Positions 9,259 through 19,171 of a DNA stretch of 64,000 nucleotides are shown piece by piece. The number at the start of each line of letters is the position of its first letter. Position 1 is the first letter of the stretch. Under the pieces are notes generated by a model that was not told where the DNA came from, searched no databases, and saw nothing but the letters and a program-made list of their open reading frames with translations. Position numbers and translations under genes: made by a program. Origin of the DNA: Candidatus Levybacteria bacterium RIFCSPHIGHO2_01_FULL_37_17 (GTDB lineage: Bacteria > Patescibacteriota > Microgenomatia > Levybacterales > UBA12049); contig MFNL01000001.1 of NCBI GenBank assembly GCA_001782035.1, positions 2,643-66,642 on the forward strand, written 5' to 3'.

Positions 9259-9529
9259 CGGGTTTGAGATCTGGTTTTTGATTTTTTATCTCTTTCAACT
9301 TCCATAAAAACAGTGCAATTTTGTTGTCCGCGTTGCTGTCTTTTACGAAAGAAAGACACTGTTCAAGAACCGAGCGGTGATTAATTTTGGCAAGCCTAAT
9401 CCACATTCCTCTGTTTTTGTAGTCTTCCATTTCCTCCGCCAGCCAAATTCCAAATTGCTGAAAATCCCGCGATATATATTTGTCTTGCAGCGGATTAAAG
9501 CTTTTGAGAACTTGTTTAACTGACTTCAT
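9236..9529 (-). CDS. hypothetical protein
   Basis: 97-aa ORF, basic, no recognised motif. Confidence 0.3.
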   Translation of the reverse strand: MKSVKQVLKSFNPLQDKYISRDFQQFGIWLAEEMEDYKNRGMWIRLAKINHRSVLEQCLSFVKDSNADNKIALFLWKLKEIKNQKPDLKPDDKSFQK

Positions 9530-9546
9530 CCTTAAATTATAGCAGA

Positions 9547-10164
9547 CTATTTTGTGTTAAATTGGTTCATTGCGGATTGGATGTTTTTTTCTAAAGCAGC
9601 AGTTAAAGCTTGCGTTGCTCTTTTTACTAAATGTTTAACATCTCGGCTTTCTCCTCTTTGAAAAGTGTCCAAAACAAAATCGGATACATTTTTAAATTTA
9701 TGGTTTGCTATTTCAGCGTGCTTTTTCGAAGCACCAATTCCTAATCTAAATCTCCAAAATTTATCAGTTCCTAGGGACGAAATTATAGAATTTATACCGT
9801 GATGTCCGGCTCCGCTCCCACCCAGTCTTATTTTCATATATCCAAGTGGCAAATCGAGCTCATCTTGAACTATCCAAATATCAGATGGAGTGATTTTATA
9901 GAAACTTTTAAGAAGTGACACTGCCATTCCGCTATTGTTCATATATGTATGAGGTTTTGCAAATATTACTTTTTCGGCTGTTCCTTTTTTGGGAGTCCAA
10001 TCCATAATAAAGATTTCGCTTTTAAGCTTCGCGTTTTTATCCCACTTGGTTTTTGAAACAGTTTGTGAATCTTTGAGCAATTGATCAAGCACAATAAATC
10101 CAAGATTATGTCTTGTTTTTTCATACTTTTCCCCCGGATTTCCTAAGCCAACAATAAGTTTCAT
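9547..10164 (-). CDS. pth: peptidyl-tRNA hydrolase
   Basis: MKLIVGLGNPGEKYEKTRHNLGF canonical Pth N-terminus; conserved His and Asp positions. Confidence 0.9.
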   Translation of the reverse strand: MKLIVGLGNPGEKYEKTRHNLGFIVLDQLLKDSQTVSKTKWDKNAKLKSEIFIMDWTPKKGTAEKVIFAKPHTYMNNSGMAVSLLKSFYKITPSDIWIVQDELDLPLGYMKIRLGGSGAGHHGINSIISSLGTDKFWRFRLGIGASKKHAEIANHKFKNVSDFVLDTFQRGESRDVKHLVKRATQALTAALEKNIQSAMNQFNTK

Positions 10165-10778
10165 GAATGTAGGATACTAGAAACTTCGCTGTTTGTCACT
10201 TGAGGAAAATTTTGATAAAACTCCGACACTGCATAAAAATCCTTTGGTTTTTCCAAGTAAAACAAGCCATCAAAGTATCTTTTAATATCTCTTAGAGTAT
10301 CAGACGCAATTATGGGGGTGGCTAAATAAATTTTATTTACTTTGCTTTTCCTTAGAAATTCTTGTGAAGCAATAACAGTTGCGCCGGTTGCTACCCCATC
10401 ATCTGCCAAAATTACATTTTTGAAATATTTAAATTCTGGTATTTGCAGCTGTTTTTCAAGAATTTTTATTTCAGCCATTTTGGAATCTACTAAATAGTTC
10501 TTCTGTTTTTTACTTATTCTAAGTTTTTTTACTAAATCGGAATTCCAGTAAACATTCTTTCTGCCAACCATTGCGCCAATTGCCAGCTCGGAATTCCCAG
10601 GCGCTCCTATCTTTTTAACGATTAGGGGTTGAATTGGTAACAGAAGAAATTCCGAAATAACTTTTGCGGTAACTATTCCTCCCCGCAATAAGCCCAGTAC
10701 ACAAGTATCTGTGCTTTGCTCAAATTGTTTAAGCTTAGAGAGTAGTTTTTGGGCAGCATCTACTCTGCCGGCAAACAT
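10161..10778 (-). CDS. predicted phosphoribosyltransferase (COG1926-like type I PRTase)
   Basis: VILADDGVATGAT PRPP-binding loop; overall match to stand-alone putative PRTases. 4-nt overlap with pth. Confidence 0.6.
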   Translation of the reverse strand: MFAGRVDAAQKLLSKLKQFEQSTDTCVLGLLRGGIVTAKVISEFLLLPIQPLIVKKIGAPGNSELAIGAMVGRKNVYWNSDLVKKLRISKKQKNYLVDSKMAEIKILEKQLQIPEFKYFKNVILADDGVATGATVIASQEFLRKSKVNKIYLATPIIASDTLRDIKRYFDGLFYLEKPKDFYAVSEFYQNFPQVTNSEVSSILHS

Positions 10779-10786
10779 GCTTTAGT

Positions 10787-11278
10787 TTACTTATAACTTG
10801 ATTTAACCTGGAATAAGAAATACAGCTCTATTAAAAACCAGACAACCGCCATAACCAAGCCCACAACGCTAAAATAAAATAAGGTATTTCCAACTGCCGT
10901 ACTAATTAACCCTAGAACTAATACCCAAAACATTAAATTCCAACCGCTAAGAGCTCGTTTTTGCAAAGGCCTAAACGCTAAAAGCAAAAGTACCCCGCTT
11001 GCCAAGCCTAAAACTGTCGTGATTAAACCAAACCCTGCAAGGCTTACTGTGGCAGCACTTCCTGCTAAAGGAGCTAATACTCCTAGTGCTCCAAAGCCAA
11101 GCAGTGACACCGCAAATCCTAAAACTGAAAGTACCCCAAGAATTACTGCAACCCATGGAGCAACCATTACGATAAAATCTTTAACACCAGCCGGAAGACT
11201 GGGTGCTTTTGCATATACGTCTTCAAGCGGTTTAATCAACTGTTTTGTTTGTGCGTCTAATGCGTCCATTTTTATCAC
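10787..11278 (-). CDS. hypothetical membrane protein
   Basis: 163 aa, 4 hydrophobic helices rich in G/A/L. Confidence 0.4.
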   Translation of the reverse strand: MIKMDALDAQTKQLIKPLEDVYAKAPSLPAGVKDFIVMVAPWVAVILGVLSVLGFAVSLLGFGALGVLAPLAGSAATVSLAGFGLITTVLGLASGVLLLLAFRPLQKRALSGWNLMFWVLVLGLISTAVGNTLFYFSVVGLVMAVVWFLIELYFLFQVKSSYK

Positions 11279-11316
11279 CTCCTTTTTTAATTACAATAAC
11301 TTTATACTTTAGTTTT

Positions 11317-12663
11317 CTAAAAGTCAATGCCAAGCTGTGAACTACTTTTATCTTGCGCAACAGAAGAGGCATCGTTCCAGATTTTTACTACCCCATACTG
11401 ACCATCAAAGCCTGGGGAAATATCTATGTTTCCTTTTTTTACTTTTTGTAGTCCTTCTGCAACTTTTTCTCCTGCTTCTTTTTGGATACTTAAGCTGTCG
11501 ACCCTGAGTAAAACATTCAGCTCATTTCCAAATGTAAGAGTTAATTTATCATAAAGTTCCTTAACTCTTAAAGAGGCAACTGTTAAACCTAGGGACTCTG
11601 CGATTATTTCATTTAAGGGAACAAGTTTTACGAATGGGGGGTGTATTTTTTTAGGATCTAAAATCCACTTTACCCCGTTTGAATTAGATTTAATTAGCTC
11701 TTTCCCAAAATCTTTTTTAGATAGCTCCTCAACCCTGTGCATTACCCCAACAGTTAATGGCTTTTTGCACACCGGACATATTGTCCCATTCTTTCGGGTT
11801 TGTTCTGGTGTTTGCACAAACTGGCAGTTACGGTGCCCTGTAAAATGGTATTTCCCCTCTTCCGGATAAAATTCTACTGTATAGCCGATTTTGAGCTTTG
11901 CACTTTTATCTTGTTTTATAGCTGCTGTGATATCCCCGTAGGTCATATTCTGAATTTTGAACTTTGAATTCTCGGCTGTGTTTTTTGGAGCAAAAACTGT
12001 CGCTTCTCTCCCCATTTTTGCAGGAGAATGTGCATCGGAAAAAGATAGAATAGTGCGAGTTTCAAGCTCATCTATTTGCCAGTTCATATAGGGGTCAGAG
12101 GACAAGCCTGTTTCAACGGCATAAATTTGTTTGGCATACTTTCCAAAACACTCTTCTATGGAGTCAAACCCGGAGTTTGAGCCATATAAAGAAAACCATG
12201 GCGTCCAGGCATGACATGGAATAATCATGGCCTTCTCATCAATTGAAAAAACTAACTCAGTTAACGCTTCAGAGGTTAGCCCAATTATAGGGCGGCCGTC
12301 AGAATTTAAATTGCATCCTCTTTTTACAAGTTCTGCCCTTATTTTCTCGCTTGTTGAAATACTAGGAGAGAAAATTAAATTATGGATTCTTCGTACCTTT
12401 CCGCCTTGTGTGTAAATACTCGAAACTTCAACAGATAAAAGAAATAGCGTATTGCTGTTGTTTTTAAGCTTGAATAAACCGCTTTCCACTTCTTGTAGCT
12501 GCTGTTCTATTTCGCGAAGCCATAATGGGTGCGTCCAGTCACCGGTTGAAAGTAAATTCAACCCTTTTTTTTCAGCCCAAAGTGCCATTGTTTCTAAATT
12601 CATGTCGCGGGATACGGCTCTTGAGTACTTGGAGTGTAAATGGAGATCAGCAACAATTTCCAT
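11317..12663 (-). CDS. PHP-domain nuclease, endonuclease Q-like
   Basis: N-terminal ADLHLHSKYSRAVS and GDWTHPLW PHP metal-binding motifs. C-terminal CPVCKKPLTVGVMHRVEEL zinc-finger-like segment, ~450 aa, as in archaeal/bacterial EndoQ. Confidence 0.55.
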   Translation of the reverse strand: MEIVADLHLHSKYSRAVSRDMNLETMALWAEKKGLNLLSTGDWTHPLWLREIEQQLQEVESGLFKLKNNSNTLFLLSVEVSSIYTQGGKVRRIHNLIFSPSISTSEKIRAELVKRGCNLNSDGRPIIGLTSEALTELVFSIDEKAMIIPCHAWTPWFSLYGSNSGFDSIEECFGKYAKQIYAVETGLSSDPYMNWQIDELETRTILSFSDAHSPAKMGREATVFAPKNTAENSKFKIQNMTYGDITAAIKQDKSAKLKIGYTVEFYPEEGKYHFTGHRNCQFVQTPEQTRKNGTICPVCKKPLTVGVMHRVEELSKKDFGKELIKSNSNGVKWILDPKKIHPPFVKLVPLNEIIAESLGLTVASLRVKELYDKLTLTFGNELNVLLRVDSLSIQKEAGEKVAEGLQKVKKGNIDISPGFDGQYGVVKIWNDASSVAQDKSSSQLGIDF

Positions 12664-12703
12664 ACCGCCATTTTAACACAAACAACTTTGTTATAATCTT
12701 ATT

Positions 12704-13636
12704 ATGAAAGCATTTGAAGTAAGGGCAAATGGAAAAGTTCTAGATTATAGATTAGGGAAAGATTTGGATTTAGAGGAGGTTGGAAAATTTTTCAGAAAAA
12801 ACTACAACGTAAAAAAAATTTGGCAGGAAAAAAGACACGTTGTGGGAATTTTAGAAAAAAACAACGTTCATTACTTTTTGAAGCTGGCGCCCACAGAGGG
12901 AATTTCGGTTGTTACACAAATCGAGGCAGACTGGAATGATGAATTTAATAAGTTAGTTGCAAGGACTACAGAGTTTTGGGTTCCAAATAATTTTGATAGG
13001 GGCTTTTATAAGCAAGGACTTTTTTATCTTATTACTGACTATTTTGAGGGAGAGCTTTTGGCTAAAAGACCAACGCCTGAAAAGATTGAGCAAATCTTAA
13101 TCGAAGATCTGCCCAAAATAATAGAGTTCGGCGAATTAATCCAAAATTTGAATTTAACAATTCAAGGATTATCACAAAGAGAAAATGAAAGTTTTTTAGA
13201 CAGAACAAAATCCTGGTTTAACGAAGTCCCACAAAAAGTTGTTAAGGAATATGGTGTCGGCTCCCTACTTAACTTAGTTGAGAACAATTACCTTAAACTG
13301 GCTAAAAAGCCGCGGCATGGAGATTTTACTCCTTGGCATATGTTTAGATTAAAAAATAACAAACTGGGCTTGATTGACGGCGAGCATGCTATGAAAAATG
13401 GCGTACAATATTACGATTTAGGATATTTAATTCAGAGAGTTTATTCTGTAATGGAAAATCCGGCATTTGCTCAAACTATTCTTGAAGAGCTGCTTAAAAT
13501 AGGTTACGATTTGGAAAAATTAAAAGTAGTTTTAGCAGCCCGGGCGATTGGGGGATTTTGCGATGAAACACTGATTCGTAAAGAGCACGACTACGAGCGA
13601 GCAAACAAATTTAAAGAATGGGTTTTGGCATTATAG
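12704..13636 (+). CDS. aminoglycoside/choline-kinase-like phosphotransferase family protein
   Basis: HGDFTPWHM (catalytic HGD) and IDGEH (DxxxxN/D-type metal site) motifs of the APH/protein-kinase-like fold. Confidence 0.55.
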   Translation: MKAFEVRANGKVLDYRLGKDLDLEEVGKFFRKNYNVKKIWQEKRHVVGILEKNNVHYFLKLAPTEGISVVTQIEADWNDEFNKLVARTTEFWVPNNFDRGFYKQGLFYLITDYFEGELLAKRPTPEKIEQILIEDLPKIIEFGELIQNLNLTIQGLSQRENESFLDRTKSWFNEVPQKVVKEYGVGSLLNLVENNYLKLAKKPRHGDFTPWHMFRLKNNKLGLIDGEHAMKNGVQYYDLGYLIQRVYSVMENPAFAQTILEELLKIGYDLEKLKVVLAARAIGGFCDETLIRKEHDYERANKFKEWVLAL

Positions 13637-13645
13637 AGCTTCCCC

Positions 13646-14011
13646 TTGACAAGAACAAAATTTCGTGAAAATATAACTATAGGCAGTATTTATTACGTAT
13701 TGATGCTTGGCCGACGTATTGAAGAACAATCTAAAATTAGAATTTATACCGAAGAAGACGTAACTAAGGCGATGCTCAATTTTACTGGCCACGACATTAA
13801 ACCCCCCGATGATTTAATTGTAAGCTATGTTCCTTATTCAAGTTTAAAGTTAAAACCTTGGAAAGAAATAGAAGCTATGAATGCAGAAAATGCTTTAAGA
13901 CTACAAAACCAACCGGTTACAATTTTCGAAGCGCCAAGACCAATGCTTGAGGCTATACGTAGTAGATTTAGAAAAACAGCCTTAGTGTTCCTTGCGGGTA
14001 ATCATCGGTAA
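13646..14011 (+). CDS. hypothetical protein
   Basis: 121-aa ORF; start uncertain (internal Met at ~13706 possible). Confidence 0.3.
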   Translation: MTRTKFRENITIGSIYYVLMLGRRIEEQSKIRIYTEEDVTKAMLNFTGHDIKPPDDLIVSYVPYSSLKLKPWKEIEAMNAENALRLQNQPVTIFEAPRPMLEAIRSRFRKTALVFLAGNHR

Positions 14012-14044
14012 GCACTTTCCTTGTTGTGGAAAAACTGCTATAAG

Positions 14045-15772
14045 CTACTTCTTTTTATACTGATTTTCATAGAGTCTTTTAATTTCACTAACCTGCGTTG
14101 CATCCTCTGCGCTCTTATCTTTACCTCGAAAAGAGACCAGTCGTGGAAATCTTAGCGCAAAACCTAACTCACTTTCTGTTTTACCAGCTGTGTGTAAAGG
14201 AGAGCGAGTTATTTCATCGGCCAAAACTTCTATTACAATTTCTGGTGCAATCCAAACAGATGGAACAATAAGACTATTTACTCGAGCTGGTTTATGATCT
14301 ACCTTTATTTTATCTGCTCTCTTGTGGATTTCTTTCCACTCCTCATCTGTTAACCCCGTGCCAATTCTTGAAATTGAAACGAATTCGTCTTTGTCCTTTT
14401 CGTAAACTCCAACCAAAAGTGCCCCTGCTCCGAAAGCAGTTCGCTTGCCGCGCCCGGCAATATAGCCTAGTATCACGCAATCAATTGTGTCGGATAACTC
14501 CCCATCGGAGTGTCTTTTTAACTTTACCCAATTAAAGTTGCGGCCACCTGCCTCATACGGGCTTTGCAGCTTCTTAACTACCAAACCTTCCAAACCTTTT
14601 GAAATAGCGTCTTCAAGAAGAATTGAAAGCTCTTTTGGATCTCCAACTGTCTGATTTTTGGTACGAATCAAAACTCCGTCCTCTTTTATGGTTTCTTTAA
14701 GTATTTTGATGCGCTCTGTTAATGGTTTATCTAAAAGCTGCTTACCATCTTTATATAAAATGTCAAAAACAAATGCCTTTAGGGGAAGTTTAATCGCAGC
14801 TTCCTCGATTCCATGTTTTCTTCGCCTTTTGGTAGTCTCTTGAAAGGGCAAGAATTCTTCGGAATCAGGATTATAAGCAAGAGCCTCGGTGTCTAATATT
14901 GCCGTTTTTGCTTTCACCTGTGAAAGTGCTCCTTTAATGAGCTCCGGAAACATATGCGTCATCTCCTCTAAATTTCTTGAAAACATCCGTACTGTATCCC
15001 CGTCTTTATGGATTTGAACCCGAAAGCCATCATATTTATACTGAACGTCAACTTGGCCCATTTTTTCAATTACCTTTTCCGCTGTCGGAAGGCGTTCACA
15101 AAGTTCAGATCTTATTGGAGAACCTACTCTTACTTGCAGTTTTTCAACTGACCCTAGCCCTTTTTCCCACAAAGTTTTAGCAATCAGGCCTAAATCCGAA
15201 GTCCTGTTGTACGCTCCTTCAAGAAGTTTTCTCTTGGATTTGTCTCCCAATTTTGCTGTAGCTAGTGCATCAAGAATTGTAGGATCCCCAATTCCGAGTC
15301 TCGTGTTTCCAAGCGGAATTCTTACAAGATGCTTTGCCGATACTGCATCCACTTTTTTTAGTAATCCAGAAAGAAGCGCTTGTCTTTTTTCAACTGTCCC
15401 CTCACCCTTTGTTTTTGCAATCTCCCTTAAAGTCTCAAAAGCTTCCGATACTGTTAAGTTAGAGCTCTTTGAGGTTTTGGCAAGCTCATATGCAGTTTTA
15501 CCCATGTCCCCCAATTTGTTAAACAAACTTAGCACTTTTTCTTTATTAGAACCGTACGCGTTTGCAAGTGCTGCTGCAACGCTTTTTTCAGCCATCCCAA
15601 TTTCGGTTGCTTCAAAAAATGGGGCAATTCTTCCTTGAATTAAATAAACTATTTTTTCAATTTCAGAAGCCGGTGTTTCTTTAAAAAGTTGGGACAAAAT
15701 TTCTATTAAAGAAAGCCGCGAAGACGTTTCTTCAAGTTTTTCTAAATATTGTGTAAATTTACTAAATTTCAT
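14045..15772 (-). CDS. lig: ATP-dependent DNA ligase (archaeal/eukaryotic LigI type)
   Basis: KYDGFRVQIH adenylation motif I (KxDG), full ligase I domain order, 575 aa. Confidence 0.85.
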   Translation of the reverse strand: MKFSKFTQYLEKLEETSSRLSLIEILSQLFKETPASEIEKIVYLIQGRIAPFFEATEIGMAEKSVAAALANAYGSNKEKVLSLFNKLGDMGKTAYELAKTSKSSNLTVSEAFETLREIAKTKGEGTVEKRQALLSGLLKKVDAVSAKHLVRIPLGNTRLGIGDPTILDALATAKLGDKSKRKLLEGAYNRTSDLGLIAKTLWEKGLGSVEKLQVRVGSPIRSELCERLPTAEKVIEKMGQVDVQYKYDGFRVQIHKDGDTVRMFSRNLEEMTHMFPELIKGALSQVKAKTAILDTEALAYNPDSEEFLPFQETTKRRRKHGIEEAAIKLPLKAFVFDILYKDGKQLLDKPLTERIKILKETIKEDGVLIRTKNQTVGDPKELSILLEDAISKGLEGLVVKKLQSPYEAGGRNFNWVKLKRHSDGELSDTIDCVILGYIAGRGKRTAFGAGALLVGVYEKDKDEFVSISRIGTGLTDEEWKEIHKRADKIKVDHKPARVNSLIVPSVWIAPEIVIEVLADEITRSPLHTAGKTESELGFALRFPRLVSFRGKDKSAEDATQVSEIKRLYENQYKKK

Positions 15773-15773
15773 A

Positions 15774-16835
15774 TTATGCCATTATATACTTTGCGCCTTT
15801 TGTAACCCCATGTTTTTTAATTATTCCAACTTTTAGTAGTGCTTTGAGCTCGTTTAAAATTGTGTCCTCGGAAATCATGGGAAACAAGCTTTCAAAAGCT
15901 TGATTCTGCAAATATCCCACTTTTTGGATATATTCTATGATTTTAAGCTGCCTAGGGGTTAGCAAAATTGGTGACCCACCTAACTTCTCTTTGAGCTTCG
16001 CATCAATTGAAATTGTTTCTACTTTTTCCCTTATTTTTAATAGTTCGTATGATAGGCCCAGCGTATAGTATTCAAGCCATTTTGTTAAATCGCCCTCTGA
16101 TTTTTCAACACTTTGCAAAGCTTCGTAATACTTAAGAGCATCTTTGTCAAAATATTCTTCCAAAGAGAAAAAGCGTCGAATGTCATATCCTTCCAAAAAT
16201 AATATTAGGGTTGCAAAAGCGCGAGCCACTCTTCCATTTCCATCCAAGAAGGGATGAATTCTTACGAATTCGTAATGAACAATTCCAGACTCCAAAACCG
16301 GATGAATATCCTGTTCTTCTGAGCTTTCTGTAAACTCCAATAGATCTTTAATTTGGAATGAAACAGCAACTGCCATTGGGGGCCTAAATGAAATTTCTCC
16401 GGTTTGAGAGTTTTTAACAACCACCTGGGTTTTTCTGTACACTCCGCATTGCGCTTCCGGCAAAATTTTATTAACCGTCATTTTATGAAGTTCCTTAATT
16501 AAATCTTGATCTATTTTTACTTCTGCATCCTGCATTCTTAAATTTTCTATGTACCCCAGTACTTTTCTATAATTTATAACCTCCTGTACATCTCTTTCGC
16601 GTGCTGCAACATTCTGCCCCATCAAAACTTTTTCCGCCTCTGTAAAATTAAGTTCGTTTCCCTCGATATGGGTTCCGTAATGAACACTTCGAACAAGTGC
16701 GTCTTCTCTAAATTCCTTTTCAAAATAGGGCAAAAGAGGTGCGTGGTCTATTATTTCTTTGGATGCTTCGATGCTTCCAATATTTTTGAGGATCTGGTTG
16801 CTAATATAAAATTTAGGCTTGTACATGCGTAACAA
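15774..16835 (-). CDS. fic: Fic-family protein (AMPylation-type) with C-terminal winged-helix
   Basis: HPFLDGNGRVARAF is the complete Fic motif HxFx(D/E)GNGRxxR. It ends 1 nt before the ligase start. Confidence 0.8.
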   Translation of the reverse strand: MLRMYKPKFYISNQILKNIGSIEASKEIIDHAPLLPYFEKEFREDALVRSVHYGTHIEGNELNFTEAEKVLMGQNVAARERDVQEVINYRKVLGYIENLRMQDAEVKIDQDLIKELHKMTVNKILPEAQCGVYRKTQVVVKNSQTGEISFRPPMAVAVSFQIKDLLEFTESSEEQDIHPVLESGIVHYEFVRIHPFLDGNGRVARAFATLILFLEGYDIRRFFSLEEYFDKDALKYYEALQSVEKSEGDLTKWLEYYTLGLSYELLKIREKVETISIDAKLKEKLGGSPILLTPRQLKIIEYIQKVGYLQNQAFESLFPMISEDTILNELKALLKVGIIKKHGVTKGAKYIMA

Positions 16836-16882
16836 TTAACGCATAATTCCCGAAAAAAGTCAATTGTGATATAATTTTACCT

Positions 16883-17143
16883 ATGGCAAAGGAAACCGCT
16901 AGGGAGAAGAAGCTGCATAAAGAATTGGTTAGCCAAATGCTAACTTTGGCGACAAGCGGGTTTGGATTAGTTGCGGCACTCGCTTGGAATAGCTTAATTC
17001 AGGAGTTTGTTGCAACTTATGTAAAGAAGTTTTTGCCCAATGGAAGCGGAATAATTTCTCTTTTAATTTATGCTCTAATTGTTACAATTTTAGCAGTGAC
17101 TATAACCTACCAGCTTTCAAAGTTGAAGGATAAATTTGAATAA
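16883..17143 (+). CDS. small membrane protein
   Basis: 86 aa, two TM helices, reasonable SD-less start; family unknown. Confidence 0.4.
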   Translation: MAKETAREKKLHKELVSQMLTLATSGFGLVAALAWNSLIQEFVATYVKKFLPNGSGIISLLIYALIVTILAVTITYQLSKLKDKFE

Positions 17144-17393
17144 CTAGGAATTAATTCTATCCAACCTGTCTATAATACTTGATCCTCCTTGATACCAATT
17201 TTCTATTCTCCTTGCAAGTTTTATGCCGCTGAAATGTCTCTCGCCGGTTGCGTTATTGTAGCTTGCGCACGCTTCCTGGCAATCTAATTTAACTCTCGAT
17301 GACTTGGGTAAAGAATCTCTTCTTTCTATCGTATTTCCTCACCCCATTTCCCTACCACTTTAATAGTAGTCCCATTTTTTCACAAAAGTCAAA

Positions 17394-18098
17394 TCAAAGA
17401 GTCTCCAAAAACCAGTTAACAACTTTATCATCTGACTCTTTCTTAAGCTTCGGAATTTCTGAAATAGAATGAGATGCTCCTTTTAAAACAAACATTTCTT
17501 TCTTTATTGCATGTACCGCACTTGTTAGATAATTCTTTACTACCCATGGTTTGACAACTTCGTCTTTTTCATTTTTTATTATTAGAAGATTGCCTTTAAA
17601 CTTAGAGATTCCCTTATATGCAATAGAACTTAACCACTCTTCTCTTGAAAAATCCAATTCCTCAATGCTGTCGACATATGTATCCAAAGTTTCATCAGGG
17701 TAAACTGCCGGAGCTCTAAAAACAATTGATTTTATATGGTATTCTCCGGCTATTACAGCTCCAACAAACCCTCCAAAACTTGAACCAAAAATTCCAACTC
17801 TGTCCTTATCAACATTTTGTTTCAGTAAAAATTCTAAACCACCCCGTGCATCGTCAATCCCCATTCTTTGAGTTCCTTCTTCAAGTATTCCGTCGCTTTC
17901 GCCACATCCCCGAAAATCAAAGGCAAAAGCCATAATTCCATTTTTAGAAAGTTTCTTGCTTAAGTCTAAGTATCGACCTCTGCTAGAGCCTCTACCGTGA
18001 TAAATAACAACAGAAGGAAATGGACCTCTACCTTTTGGCGTAAAAAGTGAGCCTACTAAATTTAAAGCCCCTACTTTAAATTCAACTTTCTTTTCCAT
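17394..18098 (-). CDS. alpha/beta hydrolase (dienelactone hydrolase/esterase-like)
   Basis: GSSFGG nucleophile elbow (GxSxG), Asp and His in catalytic positions. Confidence 0.65.
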   Translation of the reverse strand: MEKKVEFKVGALNLVGSLFTPKGRGPFPSVVIYHGRGSSRGRYLDLSKKLSKNGIMAFAFDFRGCGESDGILEEGTQRMGIDDARGGLEFLLKQNVDKDRVGIFGSSFGGFVGAVIAGEYHIKSIVFRAPAVYPDETLDTYVDSIEELDFSREEWLSSIAYKGISKFKGNLLIIKNEKDEVVKPWVVKNYLTSAVHAIKKEMFVLKGASHSISEIPKLKKESDDKVVNWFLETL

Positions 18099-18102
18099 AA
18101 TT

Positions 18103-19149
18103 TTATAACTTTATTACTTTCATCTTTTTAAGATATTTTGCAGATACGAATTCTTTGTGAGTTGTAGAAATTATTGTCTGTTGTTTACCCATCTGTTCCA
18201 AAATAAGCTTAATATGACCGCTATCAAGTTCGGAAAATATATCATCCAGTATTAAAAGCGGCTTTTTGCCTAAGACTTTTTCTACGTACTCAAGCTCCAA
18301 ACTTTTAAGCTGTAAAACAGCTAATCTTTGTTGCCCTCTGCTTCCAAAGTATCTTACATCGTGAAGATCGTGGTTCTTCATAAGTAACGAAAAATCGTCT
18401 CTGTGCGGCCCAACCAAAGTTACACCTGCTGCAAGCTCTTCCCTTTCGTATTGCAAAAGTCGAGACTCTGAAATTTCACTTTTATCGTAATTTACTTTAA
18501 ACTCGAAAATATCTTTGGGAGAACTATTCACAAACTCAATAAATTCTCCACGTTTCTTAGTAATAATTTGTCCGTTTTCTATGATCTGATTGTCCCAGTA
18601 CTCAAATTGTTTTATAACTTTCGAGCCTGAATCGCGAGCTACTTCAAGTAGCGCATTTCGCTGTCTTAATGCTTTAATATATGCAATATTTGCAATTCTG
18701 TAGTCTCTGCCTACCTGCTCTAAAACATTGTTTAAAAACTCCCGCCGCAAGGTTGGCGAATCCACAATAATGTCTAAGTCTTGAGGTGAAAATAAAACTG
18801 CCGGCAAGTTTCCTTCAAAATCTACTCTTCTTTTAGCAACTCCGTTGAGTAAAAATTTTTTAAATTGAGATTTGTTTCCACCTAAGTTTCCGTTTGTCAG
18901 AATTACTTCGAGTTCTAGTTCTGAATCTTCTAGACTAGCTTTTACTCTTCCGATTTCTTTCCCAAAATAAATCATTTGCGGGTCTTTGTCCGCTCTGTTG
19001 CTTTTCCCCGTTGAAATTAAAAAAATAGCCTCGAGCAGATTGCTTTTTCCGGCAGTATTTGGTCCAACAATTAATGTTGAGGTGGGTGAAAACTCAAAAT
19101 CCGCCTTTTTATAACTTCGGAAATTTTGGAGGTAAATACTCTTAAGCAT
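18103..19149 (-). CDS. recF: DNA replication and repair protein RecF
   Basis: N-terminal MLKSIYLQNFRSY...GPNTAGKSNLLEAI Walker A; SMC-like signature and Walker B at C-terminus. Confidence 0.85.
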   Translation of the reverse strand: MLKSIYLQNFRSYKKADFEFSPTSTLIVGPNTAGKSNLLEAIFLISTGKSNRADKDPQMIYFGKEIGRVKASLEDSELELEVILTNGNLGGNKSQFKKFLLNGVAKRRVDFEGNLPAVLFSPQDLDIIVDSPTLRREFLNNVLEQVGRDYRIANIAYIKALRQRNALLEVARDSGSKVIKQFEYWDNQIIENGQIITKKRGEFIEFVNSSPKDIFEFKVNYDKSEISESRLLQYEREELAAGVTLVGPHRDDFSLLMKNHDLHDVRYFGSRGQQRLAVLQLKSLELEYVEKVLGKKPLLILDDIFSELDSGHIKLILEQMGKQQTIISTTHKEFVSAKYLKKMKVIKL

Positions 19150-19171
19150 GAATGCTGTTATTCTACCACAG

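Noticed and set aside
15774-16835. Fic inhibitory (S/T)xxxE(G/N) motif / toxin-antitoxin pairing
   Set aside because: Closest candidate GTHIEGN does not fit the motif register, and no small antitoxin-like ORF is adjacent. Not called as a TA system.
17144-17393. Possible SRP RNA or RNase P RNA in the GC-rich gap
   Set aside because: No GGAA-tetraloop/AGCAGC domain IV motif and no GGAAAGUCCGG RNase P motif found on either strand. Kept only as an unexplained region.
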